Shown one piece after another: positions 37,331-50,765 of a stretch of DNA of 64,000 bases. The notes beneath the pieces were generated by a model that was not told where the DNA came from, made no database searches, and saw only the letters and a program-made list of their open reading frames with translations. Made by a program: the position numbers and the translations under genes. The stretch comes from Balanoglossus misakiensis (taxonomy: Eukaryota > Animalia > Hemichordata), in the NCBI GenBank assembly GCA_040954595.2, contig CM082598.2:8447097-8511096 (forward strand). The letters are read 5' to 3'. Numbering within the stretch: position 1 is the first letter of the stretch; the number at the start of each line of letters is the position of its first letter.

Positions 37331-38473
37331 AACCCATCGGTCGACAACTTAGTTTGGCCGGTTTATTATGTGACTTGATCACGCGACAGACGTCATTTGT
37401 ATCAAAACCTTATTACAACTGCCCTGATTAGTTGATAAAAAGTTGCAGCTGGCCGGCCGACTTCTTCCTCAAAATAAACATACGTTATGAACGAGGATAT
37501 ATGGGCAAAGGTCAGTGTGACGTCATGAGATTCGACTCTGGAACTCACGCGATCGATTTTGCCTGGTCGATGTACGTACGGCTACAATACAAATATTTCA
37601 AAGGTGGGTATTTTTTAACAATATTGTGTCCGTGTGTACGAGGTATTAAGAATAGTTGGCAAGTGCCTCTCAGAAAACTGGTCTTTTAAATATTGTCTTC
37701 GCAAAAAACGACAACATTTATCAACAACATTTCCTCCGCACGCGGTTTGACTTTGAAACAGGCCTGGGCAGGCAGGAGCCGTTCACGATGTTTAATGTGT
37801 GTAATCGCGACCCTGTAATGGTTTTTGACTGTAGAAATATCCACAGACGCCGGCATCAATGTTGCGAAAACAGGGTTATGGCTACAGTAAATAATGGAAA
37901 TATGTACCTTCGTGCGTTTGAAGACGGAATTAGAAATAATCGGCATAATATTTAATTTCTCATGTGAACTCTTCACCCGGCCGGGGCTGATGCGACTGTG
38001 TAAAAATATGTGTAAACTAAGTCAGTGTTGATTCTGTCCGGGTCATTATTCTAATGTATTTATTTTGAATTAACTTGTGTACATTCAGGTAATCGTATGG
38101 ATATGTATGGAAATACTTACACATAATTCAAGACAGTTATATCCCAGAAGTCGAACCTCCATGTGTGTATTCAGTGAAAGGAACTCACAACATTATGTGA
38201 TTTGATTTGTGTATGTGCTTGGGATCCAATCATGCTGTTGAGATGGCCTGGAAACTTGGGTTGCATGGCGTTTCAGTGAGTATTATTTACGCTTTATGAT
38301 GTTTTGCCGTATAATTTGTGGGTCATTTCAAGTACTAGTAAGTGATGATCAAATTTTACAGTTACTCTGAGGTAACCATTTAAAACACGAATTATACCAA
38401 ATAAATGAATTTGCTTAGAATTCCAAACTGTGGTAGAGTTTGCATAATTTTTCGTATGCAATTTTCTGATGGC

Positions 38474-39226
38474 AATGTATTTGACTGTAAACAAATATTG
38501 TCGTCCATTTGTAGCGCTGTATTTTGTCAGTGAAATGGCTACATCATTATCCCTAGTCTCGGTTACCTAAACCCCCCTGCTTCTTCTGTTGGGCACTCCA
38601 GAAAGAGGGTCTGGGGAAACCCCATAGACAAATCTCCGGGCAAAGATGGCCGACTTGAGACAAAAGCGATGCAAGATGGTCGAAATTTATGACATTTGAT
38701 ATTATGATATGACAATATTAGAAAACTATTTACCAAACTTCTCTCTCTCTTTTCAATTTGCAGACAGTTTTAGCAGGTCTAGCACTTCTCAGCATGTTTT
38801 TTTTATGTTTGGGGCTGCAGCAACCATCATGCATCGCTTTTGTCTCAAGTCGGCCATCTTTGCCCGGAGATTTGTCTATGGGGTTTCCCCAGACCTTCTT
38901 TCTGGAGTGCCCAAACGGAAGAAGCAGGGGGGTCTAGGTAACCGAGACTACATTATCCCTCAACCAAAGTTGGAACAGAGTTAAATATGCACAGCTTGAA
39001 ATTGTAAAATGTTGCAAAATTGAGCCAACAGTTCGGTCAACAATCACGTTCTTACAGCTATTATTAGAACCAGACTGTCTCAGGGAACAAGAGACATAGG
39101 CCTGATTTGCAAGCCGAGTTGGAAATGACTTTGCCTGCCCACGGACCTACCAGTTTCAGTGAATCTTATTTTATTTAAATATGAATATGGAGAATTATCC
39201 TCTGTATTCTGATTGTTAGCCTGCAT
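38474..39226. repeat. Dispersed repeat; inverted copy at 46961-47306
   Basis: ctgatttgcaagccgagttggaaatgactttgcctgcccacggacc and its flanks are reverse-complemented at ~47040-47085. The second copy lacks the MITE. Confidence 0.85.
38554..38950. mobile_element. AcademH-like MITE, ~125-bp TIRs, 9-bp TSD
   Basis: TAGTCTCGGTTACCTA...TAGGTAACCGAGACTA, with TSD CATTATCCC at 38545-38553 and 38951-38959. The superfamily call rests on the TAG..CTA termini and 9-bp TSD. Confidence 0.88.
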
Positions 39227-42200
39227 ACATCATTATATGTACCTTGAGTGATTCCAGTTTATTCCGTATCCTGTGAATGGGAATTTAGTTACCAAAACCG
39301 GCGTTTCTCACAGTGCAAAGACCTAATCCACTGGGCAACCGGGTCTGTCAAATTGATCTGATGCCTCTTACTGGCCGAAGGATCACCAGTTGTATTTTCA
39401 CATTGCATATAAATAGAAACCCAGTTAAATTATGCCATATGATTTTATTGACAATTAAAAGTTTCATAAGTTAATTACAATACCTAAATTTCCAAATGTA
39501 AGAATGCTGTAAGTTTTCATGTGATTGATATTAATTATACATTTTCAAAATTTGCTTCTCTGAATTTTCACGTCTTGTCAGCCCAATTGGGCTGGTGAAT
39601 ATACACAAATAAATCTTTAAAACATACTGTAAAATCATTATTCTATGGTACAAAAATATTTAGTAAGAAAGATTTTATTTTATTTTATCCAAGATATAAT
39701 CGGCCGTCAATGCACTACCAGGGTTACGTGATTCAAAAATGCATGCGAAACTAAATTTCATTGAACTACTGACTCAGTGATTGATATGTAAATTAGGAGC
39801 AGCCAATAAGCACGCATTGGTGAACCCGACCTGACCCCGTCCACAGTACTCCATGCCCAGGCCATATGTTCACTGCGTAAGTGTGTCTAAATATAGCTCG
39901 GTTACATTTGCATAAATTACAGCTTTGTTCATGTTCTTCTGAACTTTGTCTGATAGAATAAACATGAGTCTTATAAAAGTTTGAGTTTACAAAAATTTAG
40001 AAGAAAGTTTGTACTCAGTGTGCCATCGAAGTGGGAAAGGAAAGATAATAACACTGTCAGGAGTCTACTACCTCCATGATGAACCAGAGAGCAATGACTA
40101 TTTTAATTTATTTCAAATACTATGTTTACAACTGCTACATGTATGCTCCCATTAACTGGGGAAAGTAAATGATTGAACTGTCTGTTTATGTGATCCGGAT
40201 TTTGTGATTTTCTGATAGATTGATAGTTTTCTGATAGTTTATGGACGATGCTGTTCTTCCAATGACTGTCCAGTACGTATTTGCATAATGTGAACCTTGA
40301 CCAGGTGTACAGCACCCTCATGAAGCAAAGAGGTACAACCGTTCTCTTTGGTAACTTGGCTGCTATGAGTAGGTTGGTAAATTTTTGTCGCTCTTTGAAA
40401 TCGCTCATAAAAGTGTTCAATTGTTGACATCCACTTCTATTATTGAGATGAAATGATGCATAAGTCTCTCAAGAACAGTCAACTGTAATAATTTGGACGA
40501 GTGTTTAATGTTTTTGTGAGTTTTTTGAGCTTTTATTCAGAGTTGATGTAAGTTCAATGAACAGTCACATGTGTTACAGTGTACTGCCATGGTCAAACAA
40601 TACTTGGACATTTAGTTACTATCGCCTGTTGGAAATTTCTCTGGTAACTTCTACTGGTGCACCAATTTTTTTTTGTCTTTTAACATGCATTTCTCATACA
40701 TTGCACTACTGGTGCGAATTGGTATAACAATACAGTGAATTGCATCACCAATATAGCAGTATAACACAGGATACAAAATCTAAGATGTCTTAGGATGTTT
40801 TTGAACTAATCAGTAACCATTTTCTAAAAATTATAGATCTGAAACTAAAATTCAGAATTTGGTCAGCCCTGGGAAATATATTGTGTGAAGCCATTTATGT
40901 GTGTGGGGCCATTTTTTATACTAAATTTAAAACGGTAATTAGAGCCCTTGGTAGAAGTTCTGCACTGAAAAAAAGTGTGAACTTGCCATGGGCAGGTAAA
41001 AGAATTGTTGGTAAATCATTTAGCAAATTCCTGAATGATTGCATAACTGGCTACGTTTTGAAGAGGCCAGCTGTTCTATTTAGTATATGTACAGTACATA
41101 TGCCATTGGCAGCTTATGGGTTAGTCAGTGCTTGCCCATTGATCTCTCGCTATGTGTGTGTGTCTGTCTGTGTATGGCCATGTACTCTGGTGTAGACTTT
41201 TTCTTGTGTAATCACTCAATGGGACCACCATGTCCTTGACGCGATTTTTGCCATTTTTGGTCAAAAATCAGTTTCTCTGAGACTCCCTGTCAGATTGCTT
41301 TTAAATTTTGGTATTCCTGTTCCAAGTGGTAAAGTGGTAACCCTCGTAATGTTGCATCATTTTGGTGAAATTTGTACATTTGTGGTCTTGAGGCAATTTT
41401 TGCAATTTATATTCTTTGAAACCACTTGTTCCTTGTGGTGATTGAAGTAAGATATTGTACAATTTGTTGATATTGAATTTTTGTGGTTTAAGGCAGTTTT
41501 TGTCATTGTTGAACACATATTATTTTCGCTGAAAATACTTGTCTGATTCCTTTGAAATGTTATTACAGTAGGTCATATCTGCTTGCCAATGTCACTTGTG
41601 ATTTTTTTTTCGTGTACACACCTGATTTTGCGTAATCCCCAGATGGGTCCACAGTGTGTTATAACGTGACCAATATTTACTGGTAAATCCTGTATGTTCT
41701 ACTTCTGGCAACTTTGAAATATGTTGATGTTTGGGTTAAATGAGATTCTTCACAAACATACAATACAGAGTGTGTGGTACAGTCCATGGTCACATTCAGA
41801 ACTACCTAGTCTATATATGTATGCTTTGCTTCCAAAACTAACACCTAGAGTCATGCATACCATTGGCCAAATAAACTGGAAACCCTAGCTGGGAATAGTG
41901 AGGTAAGTAGTGTCCCTTTGAAGTCAATCACATAAACTGAACAGTGTTGATTAAGTGTAAGATAAAAAAATAGATTATAGTGAAGGCAGGGCTTATAACA
42001 TTGAAAATGCTACCAGCCTTAATTACACATATCCTTTGTATAATCATTGGAAAAACAATGTACCATAGACTTGCATAGCACTGTGATGGTGAATCACAAA
42101 TAGCCACTTTCATTACATTACATCAATCAGTCGATTAGCTATAATAAGAGAAATATTCCCACTGTAATTAACATCACTGTTGTTATTAGTATCTATTGCC

Positions 42201-42299
42201 AATCAGTATTAATTATGCCATTATGTTATTTTAAGTAAATTGTCAAGGTTCATGTACATATCTTACAACTGAACTATCTTGTCAAAAACTTACACTTGA

Positions 42300-43515
42300 A
42301 TATGTACCAAATTCTAGGCTCACCAGTAGGGTTAGAGATAAAGTGTTTTATATTAACATGCATTAATATGAAACTATAATTTGATGGTTAATTTAGGACT
42401 CCCTTGATCTATGGTGACCTCATTAAATGTGTGCATATCTAATTCTAGGCTATCCATTGGAGGTAGAAACCTGGACATGGCCAACTTTGGGGTCAAAATC
42501 TTTTGACACACTTTTGGGTAATCTTGGGTAAACTTTGCCCTACATTCCTATATTTTGGGATCCGGAGCAGATATATCCTTGACACTTGGACTGATGGAAC
42601 TATGTAATGGACTGTTATGTCTTACCTCATTAATTTTGTGCATACCTAATGCCAGGCTAACCAATATGGCTGAAAGTCTGGCTTTTGTTTAACATAATGA
42701 ATTTGAGATCAGCATTTTTCTACAGCAGCCATGTTTCACTTACGAAAGGATGGAAAATATAAAGGCTTGCATGGTAGACTGAACTGTTTACTTCCCTTCC
42801 CTGAGACTGTGTGCCAATGACGGGATAGCCTACTCAGCGTTGGGTAGATCCTAAGAAGGCCTCAGCCAGGTTTCAAATAAAAAGAAAGCGGAAATAGCTT
42901 GAATGGTGGGTTACATCGTTAACTTCCCTGCAGAGCTGATTTCTCAGACTGTGAGCCAATGACGGGTAAAGCCTCTAGGTAGGGGCCACCTAAGACAGGC
43001 CAGTCATGCTTTAATTACAAAGAAGGGCAAGTTCAGTCTTACCACAACTTTGTCTGCTGTATATGCTTCATAAAGATTGCATAGTATTTTGAGAACACAT
43101 TGTGTGACCAGGTAAAAAGTACTGGCAAACACAGCCATAGTGGTATGAAAAAACATCTAATGTGGCTTAATAAAAGACATATAAAACACAGCAAAAGCAC
43201 TGTGACTAAAAGAGACATAATTCTCCATTACATAGTTCCATCACTCCAAATGTCAAGGATGTATCAGCTTTGGATGCCAAGATATGGGAATGTATGTCAA
43301 AGTTTACCCAGATCACCCAAAATTTTGTCGACAACTTTTGACGCCAAAGTTGTCCATGTCTAGGGATCTACCTCAACTGGATAGCCCAGAATTAGATATG
43401 CACATATTTAATGATGTTACCATAGATCAAGGCAGTCCTAAATTAACCATCAAATTCTAGTTTCATGTTAATTCATGTTAATATGAAACACTGTATCTCT
43501 AACCCTTCTGGTAAG
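42300..43515. repeat. Inverted pair (~42300-42570 / ~43260-43515) related to the 239-bp HINE repeat family
   Basis: tggatgccaagatat..tcacccaaaattt..tagcccagaattagatatgcacata at 43270-43410 resembles the 7752 unit. 42330-42480 is the reverse complement of ~43350-43505. Confidence 0.65.
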
Positions 43516-46500
43516 CCATTTGGTGTTTCATACTACCCAAATGGGAGTGTAGGTAAAAACTCACCGCAAGGTCATTTGTAATTTTGCTTACAGAAATCTG
43601 GTCCCTGACATTTGGTAAAGGGGTCGAGAATTGTTGTCCCAGAGTAGAACATATTCTTGAAAAAAACTTTGAGGGGTAGAAGGAAGTTTTTCATTTTAAA
43701 CTTAAGTGCTTCAAATAGTAGAGAGGTTCTCATGTTATTTCAATAAAACCTTAAATGTCATCATTATATCTTTAGACTCAAACTCAAAGTTGCCAATCTT
43801 TCATTATTTTCATGGTTTAACTTTTGATCTTAGATTGATCCATCTAAATAGGCTTACTGATAGATAAACATGAACATGTTATTGACAAATGAATGTGGCT
43901 GTATGTTAGTAAGTTAGATATTAATCAACCCCCATATGAAGGGTACACAACTATTGTGGTATGCATTGGCAAGAGATGACAAACCCATGCACATACAAGC
44001 AATATGGCTCAGTGAGAAATATTTTACAGAGGAAAGAGATTTGTAAAATTTGGCAGCTTGTGAGGCTGTAGTTGTAAAATCTTTGATATGTGTTTTTACT
44101 CTTTGGGTCCCATTTCGTATACCATTGGGGGACCCAAGTGAAATTGGTCAAAACTCTGAAACACAAGAAGGTGCTGGTCAGATTGCTGTAGAAATTGGTG
44201 TGTACATTGTATTTTATTGAGACCTTATACAGATTATTTTTATTTTTTAACGTATACTTTTGGTGCGATTTTTGCCTTTTGGTCAAATACTCTGAAAACT
44301 TTACCCATATTTTTTTGAAATTTGGTTTCCAGGTTCCTTGATGTGTTTTCAAGACTTTTAAGCAAACCCTATGATGAAAGTGTTGATTTTGTTTTGTTTT
44401 TGTTGGCAAAATTTGCCATTTTTTGGCTCCGAATTGTAACGAGGAGACTATCGAATTGGGTAAAACCGTATGAGCTACTACTTCCTTCCGTCAACAACCT
44501 GTCAAGAATGCATACCATTTTCTGGTAGGGGTGTGTAGCTTTATGTTTTTTGGCGGTGGTGTGTAGCTTTGAGGTGTTGAGGAAGAATTGGAACAGTGAC
44601 AGAAATCGGAACGGATTAGCCAGTAGTGTTTTCGCTACCCCCACGCCAAATCACAAATGCAAGAAAAAAGTTGTTTGGCGAGCCGATTTTCATACAAATT
44701 AGCCAAACTTGCAAAGCAATGCTATCTTACATCGTCGTTTGTTTTGCCATGATCAACATGCCATGATCAGTGCACTACAACGCATGAAAGTGGACGGTTG
44801 TTCTGTTCATTGATCATCACCCCCCTGTATCATGAACATCGCAAGGCAATGCATTGAATTCAGCCCTTCCAGCTAGTGGCCGCACTCGCTTGATTTCCTG
44901 CGTGTGTCTCTGGGGACGCAAAGAATGCATATGCGTCTTTTCCTTATTTGCATATTTCGAATGGAAACGCGTCAGGTGTACAGGTTGTTATGGAAGTTTC
45001 TTTATAGAACCACTAGTGTTAGTCTGTGGGCCCAACCAGCAAAAACAGTTCTAGAAATGTCATTATATTGTAAAGGAGTTTTGTAGTACATGAAATTAGC
45101 TGGAAATGACGGGTGGTAAACTATTGATGTGAAATCAGGTCACTTCTACTGAAAATGATGGACCAGAGAGCAAATGACTATTTTAATTCATTTCATATAC
45201 TATGTTCACAACTGCTACGCTCCCATCAACTGGGGAAACTAAATGATTGAACTTTCTGTTTGATCAATGCATGTATTTTTTGCTAACACCTGCACTACTA
45301 TAGTCAGAACATGACATTATATACTTCAAAATGGAGATTTTTTTATCAAAACAGTTCAGCTGATCTTGAATGCTGTCTGATATTTTTTTTCAAAATGTAT
45401 TTCTTTCACTTTTAGACTACTACTTCTACTTAACTTGCACTGTTTTTTTCAAAACACATTTCTCATAGCTTGCACAGGTGCAATTTGATATAACAATACA
45501 TAATGAATTTCATCAGTATAACATAAGGTACAAACGAGGCCATTTGTGTGTGCGGGCCATTTTTAAGACTAAATTTAAAACAGTTATTAGAGCCCTTTGC
45601 TAGTGGTTTTCCCCCTACCAAGCACCCACCTTATCAGGCTGCATTCAATATTTCATGAGCAAAAAGTTCAGCATTTCACCTTGGTGTTTGCAAATTTTTC
45701 CTTTCACCTATATACCAAACCACTGTTCTCCAAACATGCTGCTCATCATCCACTACACCATGAGAGAGCACCAACTGTCCTTGACGCTATTTTCTGTGAT
45801 TGCTTCAATATTGTTTGCAGTTTCAAGGGGAATTCTTACTGTGATATATGAAAAGTCAGCTGAAATTGTTGCATTTTGGGGACATGCTTTCGAATGTTGA
45901 TAAAAAAATCTTTTTCTCAGAACATGCATGACTGATAAATTTAAAATTTTAGTTGTAAGTAATAGAAACATGTATGTTCTTCATATAAATTATAATGGAA
46001 TCAAATCATAGCTCAATTTACTTTTTTTTATTATGTTAGATGTATTATCTTATACCACAAATATTTTATAAAAAAAGAGAAATAACCCTTACATTGTTCT
46101 TTGCAATTTAGGAGGAACCCCCCCCCCCCCCCACTGAAAATTGTATACACATTGACCTCTCTATGTCTGTATACATGTCAATGTGTATGTTTTAAAAATT
46201 TATGCTCCTGATAAGAGTGAAATGATTTTTTCGTAATACGTGCTAAATGGATTATCTCCTATGAGATGTGCAATCTTATTACCTAATTGTTTCTGACATT
46301 TTGCCTCTTATGCCTAATATATGTCATTTTCAAGATCCCCAAAACAAGCTGATATAACTTAACAATGGATAAAAATATTCCAAACAGTGTAGCCATTTGT
46401 TCAAAACATAAAATGTGAGTGATATATACTACAAAGAATGTACAAGTTTGCATATTTTTTATCATGTTTTCCTCAATAATTGTACTGTTTCTGTAGATAT

Positions 46501-46960
46501 CAGAGGTTTAATGTTATTCAAATAAATGTAGTGCATATCACATTTTAATTTAAGCCATCATGTGCTAATGTGGCAGCCATGGCCCACTGTCATCATGAAT
46601 TGAAATTCACATGTGCTTTACCATCCTCACGAACTGTGTTGAACTGGCACACTGCAAATTTTGAAAATATGATATTGATCACAATCACACGCATACTGAC
46701 AGCATCCTCTTTGGGGATACAGGTACTGACATTATCAGTCATAATACTTTTGAATCCTCAATAAAGAATTTATAGAAGAATTTAATAGGATTTATATTTG
46801 AACGCAAAGTATAAAATTCCTTTGTGCCGTAGAAATGAAAATCTGCATTTTGTGGTCCTTCTGCTGGTGAGAAGCAACGGATAAATTCAGCATGCTCATC
46901 GCCCAGGAAATTTAGGTGTACAGAAAAAAAAATTAGAATGACAACAGCTATGCATGCAGC

Positions 46961-47306
46961 TATGCAGGCTAACAATAGAAACACAGAGAACAGTTCTCCA
47001 TATTCATTTTTAATACTATAAGATTCACTGAAATTGGCGGGTCCGTGGGCAGGCAAAGTCATTTCCAACTCGGCTTGCAAATCAGACCCATGTCTCTTGT
47101 TCCCTGATACTGTCTGCTTCTAATAATAGCAATAAGAACTTGATTGTTGTCCGAACTTTTGGTTCAATTTCGCAACATTTTATGATTTCAAGCAGTGCAT
47201 ATTTAACTCTGTTTCAACTTTGGTTGGATGGATAATGATGAAGCCATTTCACTGACAAAATAGCGCTAAGAATGGACGTCAATATTTGTTTACAGGCAAA
47301 TACATT
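46961..47306 (-). repeat. Inverted copy of 38474-39226 carrying the empty MITE site
   Basis: The reverse complement reads gtgaaatggcttcatcattatccatccaaccaaagttg, with one copy of the target and no insert. Confidence 0.85.
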
Positions 47307-47691
47307 ATTGTTAATGTTTATTTCAGATAAAAAATAATCCATATGAGGTAAACAAGAAAAAAAAATACTTCTAGTTAAAATAGTCTTTGACACCAAACAT
47401 TCCATAATAAAATATTTGAAAAAATAGACTTGGGCAGTACAGAAGACACGATCAAAGTACTAGAAAGCTGAAACCTGCTCATTAAACTATATGACTTTTT
47501 TCCTAAAGTATCTCATCAAGAGTTAAAACATTTAGATTATCAAGCAATAAAGTATTACTTTGAACATGACTATGTTCGAAACCTGTTAATTTACGAAATA
47601 TCAGAGAATATACTGTTCTAGAGGTATAAAACATTTTCATAGAAAAATTACACCACAAATAAGAATTGAACAGAATGTCACAAAAAAACTG

Positions 47692-47982
47692 AAATTATAT
47701 TATACCAGTATATTGATGGTGTAAATCACGCTATTTGATTGGTCGAGACACGACACGTGACCGTGATATATTAGCTATATACCACAGTCATATATCATAG
47801 TCAAAGAAAATGCCTTTTTAAAATGTTTTATGCAAAGTTTCAATATACTGGCATAATATAATAGCAATAAAACACCCCCAGCCATGGTATACCACTCGAT
47901 TTTGACCAGTTCAACTCCATGTCGTGAACTGGTCAAAATCTTGTGGTATACCATGGCTGGGGGTGTTTTATTGCTTAAATAT
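47692..47982. mobile_element. Non-autonomous hairpin element (Crypton-like)
   Basis: Long stem agcaataaaacacccccagccatggtatacca...tggtataccatggctgggggtgttttattgct (47862-47975), with an upstream tgattgg box. Confidence 0.55.
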
Positions 47983-48009
47983 ATGACACTCGACCGATAA
48001 AGATGCAAA

Positions 48010-48680
48010 TTTAAAATCACAAAGGATAGCGTTTCCACCCTAAAGTATAAAAAACAACTCTGAGCTTGAATATCCTCATTATCTTTAAGGTTTCAAGATA
48101 TTAAATGACCAAGATATTTGTAAACATTAACATAACTCAGTAGTCTACCATTTAAATAAATTGGAACTGTTTTAAGTTACCTAACACTGGGTTGAATTAG
48201 CATAAACACCGTCTTTTTCTCATTGAAAAGTATCGCGTTTATACTGCCTTAACGACCACAGCAATTAACTAACATTTGGTGACCGTAGGCTCCAGTAGAG
48301 AAAATAACTATATCGAAATGTTTCAACCTGTAATCGCCAAGAAGACATCTGAACTGAAGTTTTGATAAATTCCTACTGAAATCATCTAAGTACACTGTGA
48401 AAAAAATTGGAGATGAAATTCCGCCCTGTTTAACATCTTTTTTAGAAAAGAATGGTGCAGTATAGATCCGTTCCATTTAACAACAAAATCTTGAAAAGTC
48501 TAACACTTTCAGACGTTCATAAAAGTAACAAAAACATGCGTGTTATGATGTTTATAATAGCTCAGAATTTCCTTCAATACAAAAATGGCTAAATCAGTAC
48601 AATGTTCTGGTTAAAAACCAAATTGATGATTCGTAGAAAAGAGACAATCCATAAAGTTTAGAGGCCGTTGTTGCAAATGC
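48010..48680 (-). pseudogene. Decayed non-LTR (LINE, RTE-X-like) reverse transcriptase fragment
   Basis: Minus strand, across frameshifts: PEHCTDLAIFVLKEILSYY..HVFVTFM; VKQGGISSPIFFTVYLDD; LNGRLLSYVNVYKYLGHLI..LKDNEDI. Confidence 0.75.
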
Positions 48681-48832
48681 ATTGCCATCAGAAAAATACA
48701 CATTTTTGTATAACTGCAAGATCTCGCACAGCTGTGAAATTCTAAGGCAATTCATTCATTGGATAAAATTTGTGTTTTATGGATTGTTAAACAATCTTAG
48801 TCATGAAACCTAAATGGTTACCTCAGCAAAAC

Positions 48833-50765
48833 TATGGCAAGCCAAGTGTTGCAAATTTCAATAAAACCATTTTTGTGTTCATGAAGACCATTTTTGTGTT
48901 CAATAAAACCATGTTTATGTTGATACACTTTTTCAACACTAGATGGCGCTCTGCAATATTTCAAGCATGCACCTTTTTGACTCTAGCTGGCGCTCTGCAA
49001 TATTTCAAGCAGACGATGCTGAGTGGGATTTGCCTTTGGATTCAGATACGGTTTTATTGATGAAAAATGTCACACATTTTATTTAGAGGTTGATCAATTG
49101 CATTCGTCTTTAAGCAGGAAACATTTGTTTTGTAGCCAAAATTGAGAGTTGTCCGAAAATGGATAAGGCATATGAGTAAAAATTCAGGATCGTTTGTAGT
49201 GGCTAGAGTAAAAATGCTGGTTTATAGAAATTGTTGTCAAGGGGAGTTGTTGGGCTACATAAGTGCAGCAAGGTGGGTTACTGTGCCAAACCACTCTACT
49301 AAGCCAATTTCCTGGTGCAATTGATATATTATTTATACAAGCCTGTGCTTATGGCCACATGCATCTCTGACTACAGCAGAGCCTGTGCTTAGGGACCGTA
49401 TAGTTTTAAGGCGGGGGGGGGGGGGGGGGGGGGGTCAGCAAAATCCTAGCGGGGTCACATACATTTTGACATCCAAAAGGGTGGGGGGGGTCATGTTTTT
49501 TTTAAACGTTTGGGGGGTCACATGCTTTTGCCCCCTTTGGTTTTGAGTCCACAAAAATACAGTTTTGAGCCCTTTATTTTACAGATTTTTCTATACCCTC
49601 CTCCTTCATTCTCCACCACATTTCATTTATTAGCTGGGTTATCTAGCCTACCAGGGCAGAGTACTTGCCACCGCACCCCCACGGATTCTAACATTGAGTT
49701 GATTTGTTTTTGAGTTCCTTAAAATGCAATTTTGAGCTCCGTATTGTACACCCCTTCCCACACCCACTCCTTCATTTCTTTTGTTTTACCAATTCCAGCA
49801 ACCATTGTATTGATTTATCATTTTAATTTATTCTTAGATTTCCTTATGGCAACACTAATGTACTGGAGAGGGTGGAGGATTTGTATATCATGTGTATATC
49901 ACTCTAAAAACAAAATTTAAATTTGTCGCATGAATGCCAGCAAAAAGCAAATTGAATATTTAAGCCCTTGTGTAGTGTCAATTTAAATGACAAAAATGGT
50001 CAGACAATAAGAATGAGATTTACCATCTTTTGTGACAATCTGTGTTTGAACATATTTTTCTCAATTGCAGAAATTGTTTTCCTCTATACCATCTGCCAGC
50101 ATTTTTCTCTCCAAAAGTCCCCTATCCCCATCATTGCATGGGGCTATGGGGCTAAATATGTACATGTATTAATAATAGATAAAATTCAGACCATGCTACT
50201 GTACAGAGGGTTATTTATAATTACAGTTTTCATGTTTTTGCTACATTTTATGTAAGTGTACCTCTGTAATTACTCAGCATTCTTAGTAATATGTACCCTT
50301 ATATTGTCCACTTTCCCAACGCCTAGCCATGTTACTGATACAACAAAGCCCTATACCCATTGCTTGGAAGTGTGATCTAACTGGTATCCCCTTGAAGTCA
50401 ATCTCAAATTTTGTTTATCTGTTGAGTGGACACAGAATATACATGGTTAACTTTAAGAAAGGATTGGTAACATTTCAAATCATAAGCCATGTTTTCTTTA
50501 TGATACAGACACAGTCCTCAGGATGTTGGGGTCCATGTGACCCCTTCCTAAAGGGGCCCCGCCACCACTATGCATTATAGGCAAAGGGCATTGCAGAGCG
50601 CCATCTTGTGACAAATGGTGTTCATGAACACAAAAATGTACTATTCGTTTTTGACACAAACATTTTTTTTATGAACACAAACATGTTTTTTTTTATGAAC
50701 ACACAAATGGTTTTCATGGACACACAAATGGTTTTATTCAATTTTGCAACACTTGGCTTGCCATA
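48833..50765. mobile_element. Non-autonomous TIR element with subterminal ~21-bp repeats; hosts a Harbinger MITE fragment
   Basis: TATGGCAAGCCAAGTGTTGCAAA..AATAAAACCATTT / AAATGGTTTTATT..TTTGCAACACTTGGCTTGCCATA, plus inner agatggcgctctgcaat / attgcagagcgccatct. The TSD is ambiguous (TA, or caaaac/taaaac). Confidence 0.78.
49392..49860 (-). mobile_element. Diverged truncated copy of the Harbinger-type element at 2426-3776
   Basis: tta|gggaccgt..gcaaaatcc..tccaaaaggg..gtcat..ttttttaaacgttt..gggtcacat matches the reverse complement of 3600-3776. Confidence 0.75.

Noticed and set aside
40103-40430. Possible minus-strand coding remnant
   Set aside because: No recognisable motif or convincing splice structure in any frame.
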